A DNA stretch of 63,973 nt, the filler included, from Hausera hauseri (taxonomy: Eukaryota), in the NCBI GenBank assembly GCA_046269625.1. It is 10 parts of 10 records of this genome, joined end to end, with 100 filler letters (N's around TTAATTAATTAA, not from the genome) between each part and the next. Parts side by side here need not be neighbours in the genome. Positions count along the whole stretch, not along the records: positions 9,487 to 13,976 come from JBJURY010556451.1; positions 14,077 to 18,144 come from JBJURY010782757.1; positions 18,245 to 41,082 come from JBJURY010033335.1; 7 more parts are not named here. The stretch is one strand, 5' to 3'. The translations under genes were made by a program, and so were the position numbers. Below, piece by piece: positions 11,700 to 24,467 of this stretch; the stretch's first letter is position 1, and the number at the start of each line of letters is the position of its first letter. The notes beneath the pieces were generated by a model, which saw only the letters and a program-made list of their open reading frames with translations, did no database searches and was not told the origin of the DNA.

Positions 11700-13670
11700 A
11701 CGTATTCTTGGGGTTGTTGTAAATGTTTCTTTAACTGGTATCTTTTGGTATTACGTCTGCTTCAGCGAAATCCATGATTTGTTGGATAACTCGATCTTTC
11801 TTTTTTTCGTTTGAAATTCTGATTGCTCCGTCTGACGCTAAGGTTCGTTGTCGGTCTACTAACTCTTCGAGCTGATTCTTCTTCATTGTCATGATCGCAC
11901 TTGTTTTTGTCTTCAACCTGGACAATGCATCTGCATCCACGTGTTTTGCATCAGGTTTGTATTGGAACTCGATATTATATCTCGAGAACTCTTCAATCCA
12001 TCTATTCAACCTTCACGTAGGGTTGTTTGCTTGTACCTTTTAAGTTGTTACTGCCTTGTGATCGATAACTATTATTATCTTCTGTCCATATACGTAAACG
12101 TTAAAATGCCTTAAGGTTTCTTTTACTGCTAACTTTTCTAGTTTTGTCACTGAATACTTTTTCTATGCTTTCTTCAGAGAGCGTCCTCCATAAGCGATTG
12201 GGTGTTCTAGTTCTTCGTCTTTGCGTTTCTGTGCCAATTCACATCCGATTTCTTCTTTACTTGCGTCTGTTTTAATAATAAACGGTAAGTTAAAGTCAGG
12301 ATATCTTAGTACCTGTTCGCTAGTTGGTATCTTCATTTTGTCGAACGCCTTTTGTTCAACATTGGTCCATCTCTATTTCGTTCCATTTTTTAGTAATCGG
12401 TATAACGGTGCATTAATTTTTGAGTTATCCGGTACATAAGTGGCATAATATCCACATAGACCTAACCAATGTATCAGTTCCTTTTGGTTCTGAGGTTCCA
12501 TACAGTCTGAAATTTTATTCAGTAATGATTTGTCAGGCCTGGATCCTCATTCGCCAACTATATGGCCAAGATAGGACATGACGTTTTGAGCCAATCTACA
12601 TTTCTTTGGGTTCAGTTTTAACCCGGCTTGTTCTGATCTCACAAGAGTGCCTTTGATATCCTTCAGATGCTTCTTTTCGTCTTTTGGTGCAATCATTGCG
12701 TCATCTAAGTACGCAAATGCATGTTCAAGTCCCATTAACATTTTATTCATCATCCTGGTAAATATGGCTGGGCCGGTGGTAATTCCAAATGGCATAACGT
12801 TAAATTCGTATAATCCATCATGAATTTTAAACGCCGTTTTATAACGATTTTCATCCTCAATTTCTACTTGCTAATATATGGATTGTAAATCCAGAGTGGT
12901 GAACCATTTTGCTCCGAAGAGCCTATTCAGAGCCTCTTTCGCAGATGGTAAGGGAAAAGAATCTTTCATCATAAGAGTATTTAACGCTTTATAATCGATA
13001 CAAAATCGATGTTTCGTGGTACCATTCTTTTTTACTATAAGAATAGGTAAATACCATGATCTGAAACCTGGTCGGATTATATCCGCTTTGAGCGTGGCGG
13101 CGGATACCATTTTGGAATTTTCTGCTCTTCGAGATCGATTTCGTGGTTGGAACCGGGCTTTTTCTTAAGCGGTATAGTTAATTTTAATGCATTTGCTTGG
13201 CCAATGTCTTCTTCGTGTTTCGCAGTGATTGATTTATATCTACATAATAATTCGCAAAATTCACAATAATCTTCTGGTGAAAATTTCGTATCGACGTGCG
13301 GTGGAAATTCAGCGTATTTATACGAATTCTCTTCAACCGTTATTGCTGAAACTTTGTAGGTATGCCCCAGAGTAGTGTTAGCATGTAGTCTTTCTGGAAT
13401 TTGAGCATTATTCACTATTCTTACGGGTATTCGATCAGATGCTACTCGGGTCAGTATGTTGCTCAATATTATACTTGGATTTAGCGTTTCTTTCGGCTCA
13501 AAGTATACTGGAAAATTATCGTCGACAGATTTGCGCGAATATCAACAATTCCATTCTAGACGGAATGTTTTCGTCCACCGGAATGCATACTTCTCTGGGT
13601 TATCTTTTTTTATTAATCTTAGTTCCTTTTATCGGTCTGAGCTCGATTAACGACTGTTGAGATTCCTTAA
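11700..13670 (-). mobile_element. Ty3/Gypsy pol remnant (RT and RNase H; integrase absent)
   Basis: RFCIDYKALN, FTTLDLQS, MPFGITTGPAIF, AYLDD, SYLGH, KTDAS, HPIAYGGR and KHVDADALSR. Same family as 48437-51201. Confidence 0.9.
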
Positions 13671-14256
13671 ACAAACATAAACTGTTGACAATATTCATTC
13701 ATTTGACCAATTCGACATTGACAAATTTTGATTGATAGCTGACAATAAATATATTTTGTTTTCTTTCCTCTATATCTTGTTGAACCCCTTCTGATGGATG
13801 TCATTAATGAACCTGACTAATATGTGTTTATTGTGATCCAGGCAGCTAGTACAAGGAAAAGTTTGAAATAAAATCACAGATAACCTTAGAAAATACAAAA
13901 CCTTAGAAAATACAAATTTGTAAATAGTAAAAGTTATAGATAATCTCGGAATGCATTAGCATTTGTGGAATTCATANNNNNNNNNNNNNNNNNNNNNNNN
14001 NNNNNNNNNNNNNNNNNNNNTTAATTAATTAANNNNNNNNNNNNNNNNNNNNNNNNNNNNNNNNNNNNNNNNNNNNGGCAGAGGGCTCCATAATTGCTCT
14101 TTGAAGACGGCATCTGTTGTACCAAAAAGCGGTACTTTTCCGATTAACCACCCTAGAGAAGATGGTGGCTACACTTTCCGGCATTCTGAGATGTTCACAA
14201 ACGGGGATTTCGATGGTGAGGCACATTTTCAAGGGACTGCAGTCCTATCTCTGTCT

Positions 14257-14283
14257 CACACACACACACACACACACACACAC
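14257..14283. repeat. (CA)n microsatellite
   Basis: Read directly. Confidence 0.9.
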
Positions 14284-14928
14284 TTGTCTACTGTCGTTGT
14301 TTCCGTCAACGAGTTTTCCTGGAGTGACCCCCACTACAGAATTGTCTCCAACACTTCCTCCTTTCCCTGGGGGGGTTTTCAATTTTTTGAAATGGATTCT
14401 TATTTTTTATCGACTTGGGTACATAGCACTTGTGGACCCCCTTTATCTTCACTGATGTGAGTGCCCCCACTGGTCCTGTTCAGCCGATTTTCATGTGCTG
14501 CTGGCCGCTACGTTACCTGGTCTTTAAAAAAACTTCCTAAATGCAGTACAATCTCGGAATTTATCTATGTGCCATTTTGCCCAATGTTCCCGTGAAGAAG
14601 CCCCTAAGGTTTTGATAGGTGATGCCATTTTCCTTAGCTCCCATCAACATCCTTCTTCATTTTCGTCCAACTCCCTCCTTCCCAGTAAAGGTCGACCTTT
14701 ACGCTCTTCGTCCAATGCTGCCACTTACAAAGCCTCGTCTTTTTTAAGTCCATTTTCCCTTCGAGTGAGGGGAACTGTGTTCATGTTTCCCTTTTCTTAC
14801 CACGTCCAAATTTCCTGTCCATTATCTCAGTCATCCTCTCCCAGGCTTCTGTTATTGGCCACCCTGGAGATTTGTCTAAATTTTCACGTCTCTGTGTCCA
14901 ATCTCTTATTTCCCCTTCCCCCACTCCA

Positions 14929-14933
<5 letters not shown>

Positions 14934-14974
<41 letters not shown>
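14934..14974. repeat. (CT)n microsatellite
   Basis: Read directly. Confidence 0.9.
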
Positions 14975-14979
<5 letters not shown>

Positions 14980-17900
14980 ATAGTTCCAAATTGATTCTAA
15001 GGTGAAATACTATATCTTTACCTTTAATCGTAAATTGATTGTTTTTCATTTCTTCTCAAATTTATATAATTACCATTTAACGAATGAAATCAAAGTGAGT
15101 GTATGGTACCATAAAGCCTTCGAGTTACTTGTACCAAACACAAGAAGGAAAGGTCTTATGGTGAAGGCAGTTACCGGACTGTTTATTCCTTTTACTGTTT
15201 TTTCTGAAAAAGTCGATTCCTTTTCTTTTTGGATATGACTGTGCTTTGTAGTATCCAATTTTACCTTCACCACACCTGTCAAGTAGGGAAGTTTTGACCG
15301 TTAAGACATAAATGTAAAAGTGAGAAGAGGTCAATTTTGAAATAGGGGAAGGTAGAGACCTAACTTGGGCAATTAACTATAGATAACAACCACTACTTTT
15401 GCACAATTAAATTTAGTGTACTAGTAACTCAGTTATATATAAAGGGAAGGTACTAGTAGTCGTTCTTAACAAATGTCAAGGGATTAATATTTGGACTTTA
15501 TTATTTCAGGGCCAAATTGGAATCAGAAGAGGCTACCCCCCCTCCCCCCAACTCTTCCATGGTTTTGAGCGAGCGGAGCGACCAACCAACCAACCAGAAG
15601 TTGTGGTTGTGAAGACGTGGCTGTGAGCGGGTAAGGATTAACGTCGTTTTCACAGTTTCATTCCACCAATGAAAATAATTTTCGATTTGGCGACGCTGTT
15701 AAACAATACTCGCGAGTACAGACGAGCTAACCGAAGCCTTTATTCATCTTTTCCCTCCCCCATACTTGGGGTATAAATAAAGGACTCGATTACTTTTGTT
15801 CAAAAAAAAAAATAAATAAATGGTAACCTTTAAAATGTTAAAATTGTAGACTAACGAGGCGTAACATTCGTTTATCAAAATGAGTGTGTTGTGGATGCAA
15901 AAGAAAGTCAAACGTGTGACTCTTACTTACTTACTTTCGTATCCACAATAAGTGTGGTTTTGGTAACTGAATTTGGTCTCATTAATTTATACTTTTAATT
16001 CTATTTTAAAGTTCACCATTTATTTGTATTCCTTTTTTGAACAAATGTGATTTAGTACTTTACTTACATCTGAGTACACCGGAGGCAAAAGATATTAATA
16101 AAGTCTTTGGCTCGTTTCTATTCAAGAATATTGTTTAACATCGTCCCAGTAGGGGATTATAGAGGTTGCTTGAAACTGGGAAACGGCGTTAACTGCGTCG
16201 ACTGTTGCTTGGGTCTGCTGCTGCTGCTGCTGCTGAGCCTCCTTTGGAGACCTCCAAACTGCACAGCACAGCACAGCACAGCCAAGCAACAGCACTTGTA
16301 ATGAGTTCCTGCATTGCATCAGGCCTTTGGTGGAATGTGAGGAACGCTAAAATATTTGGAACGGACTAACTTATTTAGTTAAGGGCACCAATTTTAAAAC
16401 CCAAATGCCCCCCATAAATATAAATATATGAAATAAATTTAGTATTTTATTTTTTTTAAAAATTCAAAAATTTCTTTCCTTTTATTTCATTGATATATAT
16501 ATATATACAATAAAATATTGTGTAATTTTATTGATAAATATTACACGTAATAACAATTGTATAAGCTAATTTATTTTTAAATTACATGTAGGATGGTATT
16601 ACATTTTGTACGATGTTCTCAAATTATATGTTGAAGATTTGTAATGTACCAATTTACAAAATAAATTTTCTAAATGTATATTCTTTACTATTTAACCTTG
16701 CATTATTTTCTTGAATGTTCATAACCTGTAAAATGGTATTGCAATTGAAGGTAAAATGAATCATTTAAGTTTGCAGAAATCAGAGTGCTATAACGGACCT
16801 TTCATCAGCCAAGAATAAATATAGTTCCGCATCCCCTATACATGTTTAGGATTCTAGATACCACTTGTAATATAATTATATAATTTTTGGAGATGGTCAT
16901 TTTACAAAAATTCTTCGCCTCTACAAATGAGAGCAGCGTAAGACGGTTCGTATAACCTCAGAACAGTTTATGGCTTCACTAGTACCTTTGAAAATACGTG
17001 ACAAAGAATACAAATGTTTCCTGTNNNNNNNNNNATACATTGATTAAACAATTCGTGAAACAAATTATTCTAATTCGTATATGACAACAAAGTAGGTATT
17101 AACAAATACTGTAAATTATATGCACAATTTTAACATCTGAAAAAGCAACTTCAAAAGTCATCTTCCGATCATTGAAACTCATTTACTCCTGAAGACTTGT
17201 TAATAAAACCGAAACTTTGCAGTGAAATGGTCCTCTGAATTTGTAATATTTCCCATCGCATAGAATAGAGATTTTTCCTATTAAAGATGACATCTGCCCA
17301 TTTGGAATCGACTCTGGAAAAGATTTTACAACACAAAATGAACAAAGAAGACGCATGTTTCGTACTTAAAATAAATTAGCAGAATTAATTTTGAAAGGTG
17401 ATAAGAGGAGACTGAAGAACAAATTTAAGGAAGAGAAGTTGGGATGGAAGAGTTAGGAAGGAAGTTCTTTTAGAAAGCTTCAAGACAATTCCCAAGGGCG
17501 TCTCATTTGTGACCTTTCAAGGTTTACCAACAGACAATAATCATAATTTGCAATTAAATTTACCTTCGTGTCAAATATTCTTGAAGACTGATACCAGCCT
17601 AACTTGTAGATGAAAACGTCGACATCAACCGATGATAATGCTTCTCTGGATTAAAAAAGCCATTCCGACGTCCGGATCTTGACAGGGTCTTCCTCCTATT
17701 CCCGATAACATCTGGAAGAAGATTTCGAACCTCAATTTTGGGTATTAAACCTGAAAAAAAATTTTACATTTGAAACAAACCAATCTTATATTGAATGGAG
17801 CTATCAAATCTTTAAAGTAATTGCAAATACTTTCACACACACATCCATTAATACCAATTTTCTCTTATGAAATTTCTATTATTTTCAAAAAAAAAAAAAA

Positions 17901-18244
17901 AAATTCGTAACGAATATAGTGGTGTAAATTTAGTCAAAAATCATATGTTCAGAATTAAAAAGAATTTTCACGTTCACTGACGGGGCAACCCCCCCCCCCT
18001 AATCAAAACTAACGAATTCATGTGTCAAAGACGTACAAAAGCAGCTTTCTGGATAGTATTTCGAAGGGAGTGTTAAGCTTAAATGGATGCAAATAACTTA
18101 ATTTGCGCGTAAGAATGATTTGAAATTGTTGGTTTTGAATAGATNNNNNNNNNNNNNNNNNNNNNNNNNNNNNNNNNNNNNNNNNNNNTTAATTAATTAA
18201 NNNNNNNNNNNNNNNNNNNNNNNNNNNNNNNNNNNNNNNNNNNN

Positions 18245-18485
18245 CCAGAAGATGAACTCGTTGCGGTAGTAGCGCCGGTGCAGGACCTGGCAGGCGACCG
18301 AGTTGTAGAACGTTTCCGCGCACTCGGGCTGGCGGTGCTCCGGCAGCAGCCCGATGTAGGCGAGCTTGATCGCCGGCCACAGCGACTCGTCGGTCTCGGC
18401 CTGCGGGAATTCGCCGAGCACGGCGACGACCGCCTCGGCGACGCGCCGGTCGTAGGCCTGGATGCGCTCGCGCGCGAGCGCAGCC
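18245..18485 (-). CDS. aceK: Bacterial isocitrate dehydrogenase kinase/phosphatase, internal fragment
   Basis: [13 protein letters not shown]...[46 protein letters not shown] matches the AceK N-terminal signature. High-GC bacterial codon usage. Confidence 0.88.
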
Positions 18486-18736
18486 AGCGCAGGTCGTCGC
18501 TCTCGTGGGTGATGTAGCGCTCGTCCACCCGGGTCTCCAGCGTCCTCAGGTCCAGCCACATCTGGTAGTCCTGGTGAAGGAAACAAACGCACCTTCACCT
18601 GACCGGCTGTGTTTGTTTTTCTGAGGTTTGTCGGCTGAAGTCCTCCTCACCTGTAACCAGGGGTGACTGAGGGTCTTATCCACGCTGTACCTCTTCCTCA
18701 TCTTCACCTGCAGGAGGTTGTTGATCAGGTCGATGG
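18484..18736 (-). CDS. PRKD1: Protein kinase D (PRKD1-like) C-terminal exons 18736-18651 and 18570 to about 18484
   Basis: [29 protein letters not shown] | [29 protein letters not shown], with a GT-AG intron at 18650-18571. KTLSH and DDLRW favour PRKD1 over PRKD2 or PRKD3. Confidence 0.88.
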
Positions 18737-18861
18737 CTGTGAGGCGGGAAACAGACGAGCAGTTAGTGTTTGATGAAGCACTTCCTGTCAGGTTGGATGT
18801 TTGCTCAGGAAGACATCTGTAAATAAAACAATTGCATTTCCTGCAAAAAGGCTAGTGTGAC

Positions 18862-20378
18862 TTAAAACTTTAAACTTAAAGGGGCTCTTTGATGGCGGCG
18901 GGCCGCCGAGTGTGGTCCCGGGGCTGCGGGCGTTCTCGGGGCTTGGAGGGTTGCCGGTGGTGGGGCTGGCTCTTTGTCCCCCCTGGGGCTGCTGGGGGTC
19001 CTGGGGCGGGGCTCCTGGTACCTGCGGGGGGCCCGCTGGCCGGTTTGGCTGCTGGGGCCCGGGGGATGGTTGGCCGGGGGCGCTCGCTTGGCCGTTGGTG
19101 GCGCGGGGGGCTGTGGGGGCCTGGCCTCTCTGCAGCGGGGGGGCCGGTGGGTCGGCTGGTGCACCCCGGTCCGGTCTTCGGCTATCTGCACCTCTCCTCC
19201 CCAGAAGTACTGGGTTTACCCCCTTGGTTTGGGTTTGCCCTGCCTCCTCAGGGGGTGGGTGCGGCTCCTGGACCTGGGGGGTATAGAGTATGAATCGGGT
19301 GTATGAGTGGTTTGTGGCGTCTTTCATGTGTGTCTTTGAGTGAGTGGGTGTGAGAATGAGGGTGGGATGGTGTGAATGAGTGTGTGTTCATCTATGTGGC
19401 AGGCCGGGTTTGGTCCGCTCCCCCCCCCCCGCTGGGGTGTCTGGGGTCCCGCGGTCTTCCTGCCCCCTTGTGGGCCGCTGGCGCGCCGGGGATTCTTGGG
19501 GTCTGGGGCCGGGCTCCGGGGCGTGTGCCGGCCTGGCCTGGTGGGCTGCCCGCTGGGGGTCGGGCCCTCGGGTCCTGTCGGGCTTTGGCCTGGGGGGGCG
19601 CGCCCTGGGGGCCCGGGGCGCTGTGCCCTTGCCTGGATCTGCTCTGGCGTGGCGGTCGCCGGCGGGGCCCATGTATCTGTCGCTGCTGGCCCTGGTGGGT
19701 GGCTGCATGTGGTTGCTGGCCGGAATTCCCCCCGGTTCTGCCTTTGGTCTGATCTGGGGGGGGGGTGTGCGGTCCTTCCCGCGGGGGTGCCTCTGGGGGC
19801 TCTGTCCTTGGGGTTCCTCTTGGTCCCTCGGGCCCTGGTTTCTCCTGTCTCGACCCCGTGGCTTGGGGGTTGGGTTCTGGGTCCTTCACAGTTACTATTA
19901 TATAATCCACTGGAGACATCTTTTGTTCACACGCATGCTCACAATCACTCACAAACTGGTGTTCTGATCCGGGAAGTCTTAACTAGGATTATATACATCT
20001 GTTTGCTTGTAACGCAGCATGCTGGAGGGCAGGTGCGGGACTGCACATGTATGTATATGCATGCATGGGTGTGTGCATATATATAAGTGTGTATGCATGT
20101 ATGGGTATTTGACTCTTCAATCATAATTGTATGTATAAGTTAATGTATGTATGTGTATATAGGTATATGTTTATCTATGTAGGTATATCTGCTTCTATCC
20201 TTGCTTATATAAGAAATCTTACTAATATCCATTGTAGGTGTATATTCAATTTCAGGTGAGCGAACGTAGGTCGGATGTGTGTTTCTTGTTTAATACTTTG
20301 TTTCTTGTTATATATTCTTTGTTTTTTTTTTCTCTTTTCTTTTCTTCCGTTTTTCTCTTTTTCATCTTTAAAAAAAAA
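18862..20378 (+). repeat. G-rich, GC-rich interspersed repeat ending in an A-tract; probably the 3' part of a fish non-LTR retroelement
   Basis: Abrupt GC shift, many G-runs, TATG-rich stretch and terminal A-run. No RT motif and no TSD found. Confidence 0.35.
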
Positions 20379-21207
20379 TCCACTTATCCTGCTTTGTGAA
20401 ACGGGGCTCAGGTGGGATTTATATTTATTTTTTGGCCTTATTCTTAGCAACAACAGAAAAACCTGTTTGCAGCACTGTGGGCGTGTCAGGCCCTGCCCCC
20501 CCACGGTGTGTCCCCACCAACTTTCAGCACAAAGTCACTCCCCTGATTTTGTTCTATTTTACGTGGTCTGGAACGCATCCATTACTTTTCTAAGAGTGCT
20601 TCAAGAATGACACAGAGAATGGATCTGGTGCCATAACAGACCTGAGGATTTATCAAACCAAAGTGTTTTATAAACTGGACTTTAAACTGAAACTTCAGCT
20701 ACAGATTAAATACATTTAAACACATTCAGACAGCTGCAACCTGATGAAGACTTTTGCTCCTGTCTGGTGGGGAAAATGTGACATTACAGCTCATCAGAAC
20801 TTTCTGATGGTTCAAAGCACAAAAACACTGTTGGTTCCCAGCATCACTTTATTTAAGCATGTATCTCTTTTTCATTGTTTCTGTAAGATGTTTTACACAA
20901 GATATGAGAGCAATTTATGAGCTTTGTTTATGAATAAAAAGAATCAAGTAAAAATATGTGAAATATGTAAATAATTCAATAACAGAAATCATCATAGTTC
21001 ATTTGTCTGCAACATATGATTTTTACATTATAACTAAATTCTAATAAAATATAGCATTTTTCTGGCCTCATCACTGTCAGAGCTCTAATAGTTACAGTAA
21101 TTGTTTGATTTTTCTTTTTATAAGTGATTTAAAAGCAGATATTTTATCACTTGAACTCCAAGCTGGGTGAACATTTGATTGTTGGAAAATCAAAAGATTA
21201 CCACAAA

Positions 21208-21570
21208 TTAGAAAATAGATGACAGAAAATCCCGGATTACTTTAGGAAGCCAGTCTATCCGACTTTCAGCTTCCTTTCTGGCTGCTTCCTCATGAAGAAT
21301 GTGCATCTTCTCTGTTTGGGCTTTGATTTCTGCATCTGTCTCCCTGTTTTTCTGAGCCATCATATTCCACAGCATCTTTTCTCTCTCCATACTGTCTCTC
21401 GTCCTCTTTTCAACCTTATCCTTCCACTTCTCTCTCTCAGCCTGGATTTGTTCTTTGATTATTCGTGTCTTTTTTTCATTCAATTTTCAATTTTGGACAA
21501 CTTTTTCTTCAATTTCCTCCTCTCTGATGTCCCTCTCAGCCTCCTGAGACATCTCATTGGTGTAGTGGCT
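21208..21570 (-). pseudogene. GIMAP (AIG1) 3' fragment, coiled-coil tail only
   Basis: SHYTNEMSQEAERDIRE...QIQAEREKWKDKVEKRTRDSMERE parallels 27336-27570 (SHYTNDMFQEAERDIRE...QIQAEREKWKETEEKRTRESMERE). No GTPase domain; one in-frame stop. Confidence 0.8.
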
Positions 21571-22790
21571 ACAGTTTATAGTCTATTTATGGTATTTTAT
21601 AGAGCTATGCACTTTTATTATCATATCATATGTTAATCCTATTTTAATCCAGTATTGTTCTTCACGTACCACTTTAAGCATAAAAGATAGCATTAATTTG
21701 AGAAATTTCTCAAACAGGGGGATGAAGTGGAGTCAAGTTCCTTTACAGTACAGAATTACTCTTTCAGAACAAGTAATTTTCCTTTGTCTTCAATTAGGAA
21801 AGTGTAGCTACCTGATGAAGTAAAAAAAACTATTCCATGTTTGGTCATTTTGTTTGCATTTTTGACATTTTAACATCTTTTTGTCGCAACCTGCAGGTCA
21901 AACTTTTGACCCGCCTCCACATAAGAACTTTATTGTGCAATTGGTCAGAAGTTTGTGGTGAAAGCAGTCACGCTTTGCATTTTTCTTCAATCACACACTT
22001 CTAAATAAATCACATTTTTTCAGAAGTCGACTATTGTACCAGGACACAGTGATTTATGAGGATAGTCAAATGGTCAAAAACTCATGAAAGGAGATAAAAC
22101 AGGCGTCTTACATGGTGGAATCTGACTGATAAAAAATTTAGGACCTTTATCCTGGACCAGTTTGTAGATAAATAATGTCTGGTGATGAGACTGGAATTTT
22201 TTATTCGTATTGTAGACTCCAGGGGGAAGAAACTGCATGCAGTGATGTATGCTGCAGCGGGAGGGGTTTCCCCAGGACCTCTGCACAGATGGATTGTTTC
22301 AAGGAGCTATGAAAAGTGTGTGCGAAAATTAATGCTAAACAACCACATGACGCTCGTCATTCGGTCATTGTTCATGCACATATTGAGCGGGTGACTCTGT
22401 TTACGTCAACTGCAAAAGTAGCTGTATTCCTTCAGGCTACTATCACACCAAGTTAAACTCACTAGCTGCACGGTTGACTAAGTTCTACGTGTCTTTGTCT
22501 TTTCTAATTTCAGTTAGGTGTGTTGCAGTAAAATACTATTTTATTTTATACCTGAGAAACTTGTTTTAGTTTCAGTTTCATTTTGACAACATTTAAATGA
22601 GAAAGTTATTTTTTATCCCACAGAACCTGCAGAGGTGCTGACAGGTCCTAACATGGTGGAACTCCATACATGGGTGGTGTGTTGGATGTAGAAATGTGTG
22701 GATTGAGTTTAGGTTAGGTTTTAATGTTTTAGTTTTATTGTATTATGTTCCTGCCTTGACGTAATAGCGTGTTGTTTGGTTTATGATTCT

Positions 22791-22983
22791 CAATGGTTTT
22801 CAATCCTGCTCCTCATGGAGCCCTATCCATTTTGTTTTAGTTGTTTCCCTGCTCTGCAGTGAGTCTTTAAGTTCTGCAGAAGACTGTCAATCAGTCAATG
22901 ATTTAAATCAGGTGTGCCAAAGCAGGGAAACAACTGAGACATGCAGGACAGGGGTCCTTGAGGACCAGGATTGAGAACCACTG
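22791..22983. mobile_element. hAT-derived MITE
   Basis: 29-bp imperfect TIRs: CAATGGTTTTCAATCCTGCTCCTCATGGA versus reverse complement CAGTGGTTCTCAATCCTGGTCCTCAAGGA. TSD not recognisable. Confidence 0.75.
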
Positions 22984-23126
22984 GACTGTTGTATGAGTAG
23001 GGTTTAGGACTAATGCAGGTATTGAGTTTAGATTACATTTAGGGTTAGTTATGCACCTTTGTGGTTAGGGTTAGGAAAATGAAACTGTAAAAGAACTTAC
23101 TCAATGTGTCTAATCCAATCGTGACC

Positions 23127-23320
23127 AGGGGCCTCGTGCTGAAAAAGAGGCGTACGGTCAAATCCAGAAAATGGCGTGCAAACAAAAATTATGCAGATGT
23201 ATCAAACTGTGCACATGACACACTCCATGCACGTTTCTTTTATACATCCCAATTAATGTGGAACGGAGCGCAGGTGAGACACCTCCCCTGACAAGCTGCA
23301 TTTAAATATGAAAATAATGA
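23127..23320 (+). mobile_element. Non-autonomous DNA transposon end (Harbinger-like); related copy at about 31371-31514 plus 32030-32080
   Basis: Both copies begin with GGGCC(C)TC and share GATGTAT.AAACTG and CATTTAAATATG. Superfamily assignment is tentative. Confidence 0.4.
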
Positions 23321-24258
23321 ATTAAATAGAATGTGACTGATAAAGAGTCTAAAGTAAGTAATAGAGTAAAAATGTGTTTGTTATGGTAAAAAAATGACCG
23401 ATTGTGTGTGTGTGTGTGTGTGAGTGTGTGTGTGTTCTGCCCCCCACCCCCAACCCACACACATCCATTTCTATTATATGTTGGTAATACCAGCATATGT
23501 TACTACAAAAACACATCTAAAAGACAGATATGTATCATTCCATCAAGAAAAATACAATGTAAAGTCGTTTTGTACTGAGCAGAGTATTACCTTTGATAAG
23601 TTATGTAATATTGTTTTGAATTTAACAACCCAACTTTAAATTACTGTTCCAGTGTCAACCTTTATCACCAAGCATCAACACGCACATTAAAGCCCTGTCA
23701 CACTAGGCAACTTGTGAAACAGTTTTTACGTCTAAATTGATAATAAAAGTTATATATTTGATCAATTTCTTAGAATGACGTTATGTACACGCCCAAAGGA
23801 AGTGTCCTGTTGATGTTTTTCAGTTCCATCTTCAATAAAGGAGTCTTTAAATGTTCATAAGTGGGCCTAAATTGTCCAGTGTGACAGTGGCTTTATAAAT
23901 ATAAAAAGATCAATTTATGATCTTTGTTGTAGCTAAAAATACTTGAAAACAGGATTCTGTGTTCAAGTATTTTTAATCCTGTCTTACAGGATTATGTAGC
24001 ATCAGTCTATTAAAATATATAACATGCAGTGAAGTTCTTATTTTTAATTTATTTGGTCCAATGATATACTTCTGCTTTTATTTCTAATTATGTCAGTTTG
24101 AGTCCTCCCCTCACTGCCAAAACTGGAACAAAATTCAACAAAGCAAGGCAGAAGCATTAGCATCTTTCTAGAAATCTGAGCTGATAATATTTCAGAGCTC
24201 CATTATTAATGAGTCATTCTGTAACGTTTCCTGAGGACCAACCCAGTTCAACTGAAAC

Positions 24259-24397
24259 CTTTCATTTTCACTTAGTGAAACCTTTTAGATTCAACATTTT
24301 AATAAAGGATTCCCCTAAATATCATGTTTAGACTTGTTCTGGGTGTGACTTCTATAGAAACAGAAAGATGTATTTCATTGTTGTAAATATATAAAAG
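24259..24397 (+). promoter_or_regulatory. Putative GIMAP promoter: IRF/ISRE element, NF-kB-like site and TATA box
   Basis: AGTGAAAATGAAAG on the minus strand at 24259-24272, GGGGAATCCT on the minus strand at 24306-24315, and TATATAAAAG at 24388-24397, about 70 bp before ATG 24468. Confidence 0.55.
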
Positions 24398-24467
24398 ACA
24401 GGAAACTCCAGGCAGTTTTCACTTCTTCTCTGCAGCTCACAGATCTGATCATCTGTTCTAAAGAAAC

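Noticed and set aside
14077-14215. Possible exon GRGLHNCSLKT...NGDFD ending at a GTGAG donor
   Set aside because: Short, at a contig edge, with no recognisable homology.
16107-16319. Poly-Leu and poly-Gln ORFs
   Set aside because: They arise from short CTG and CAGCA repeats in intergenic sequence.
17564-17750. Minus-strand segment bounded by AG and GT splice signals
   Set aside because: No frame is open throughout. It may be a UTR exon, but this cannot be supported.
18245-18485. aceK as evidence of horizontal transfer or a prokaryotic system
   Set aside because: It is a tiny fragment at a contig end, joined out of frame at a microhomology. A chimera is more parsimonious.
18788-20086. Overlapping Pro/Gly/Arg-rich ORFs on both strands
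   Set aside because: They are open because of extreme GC content and contain no domain motif.
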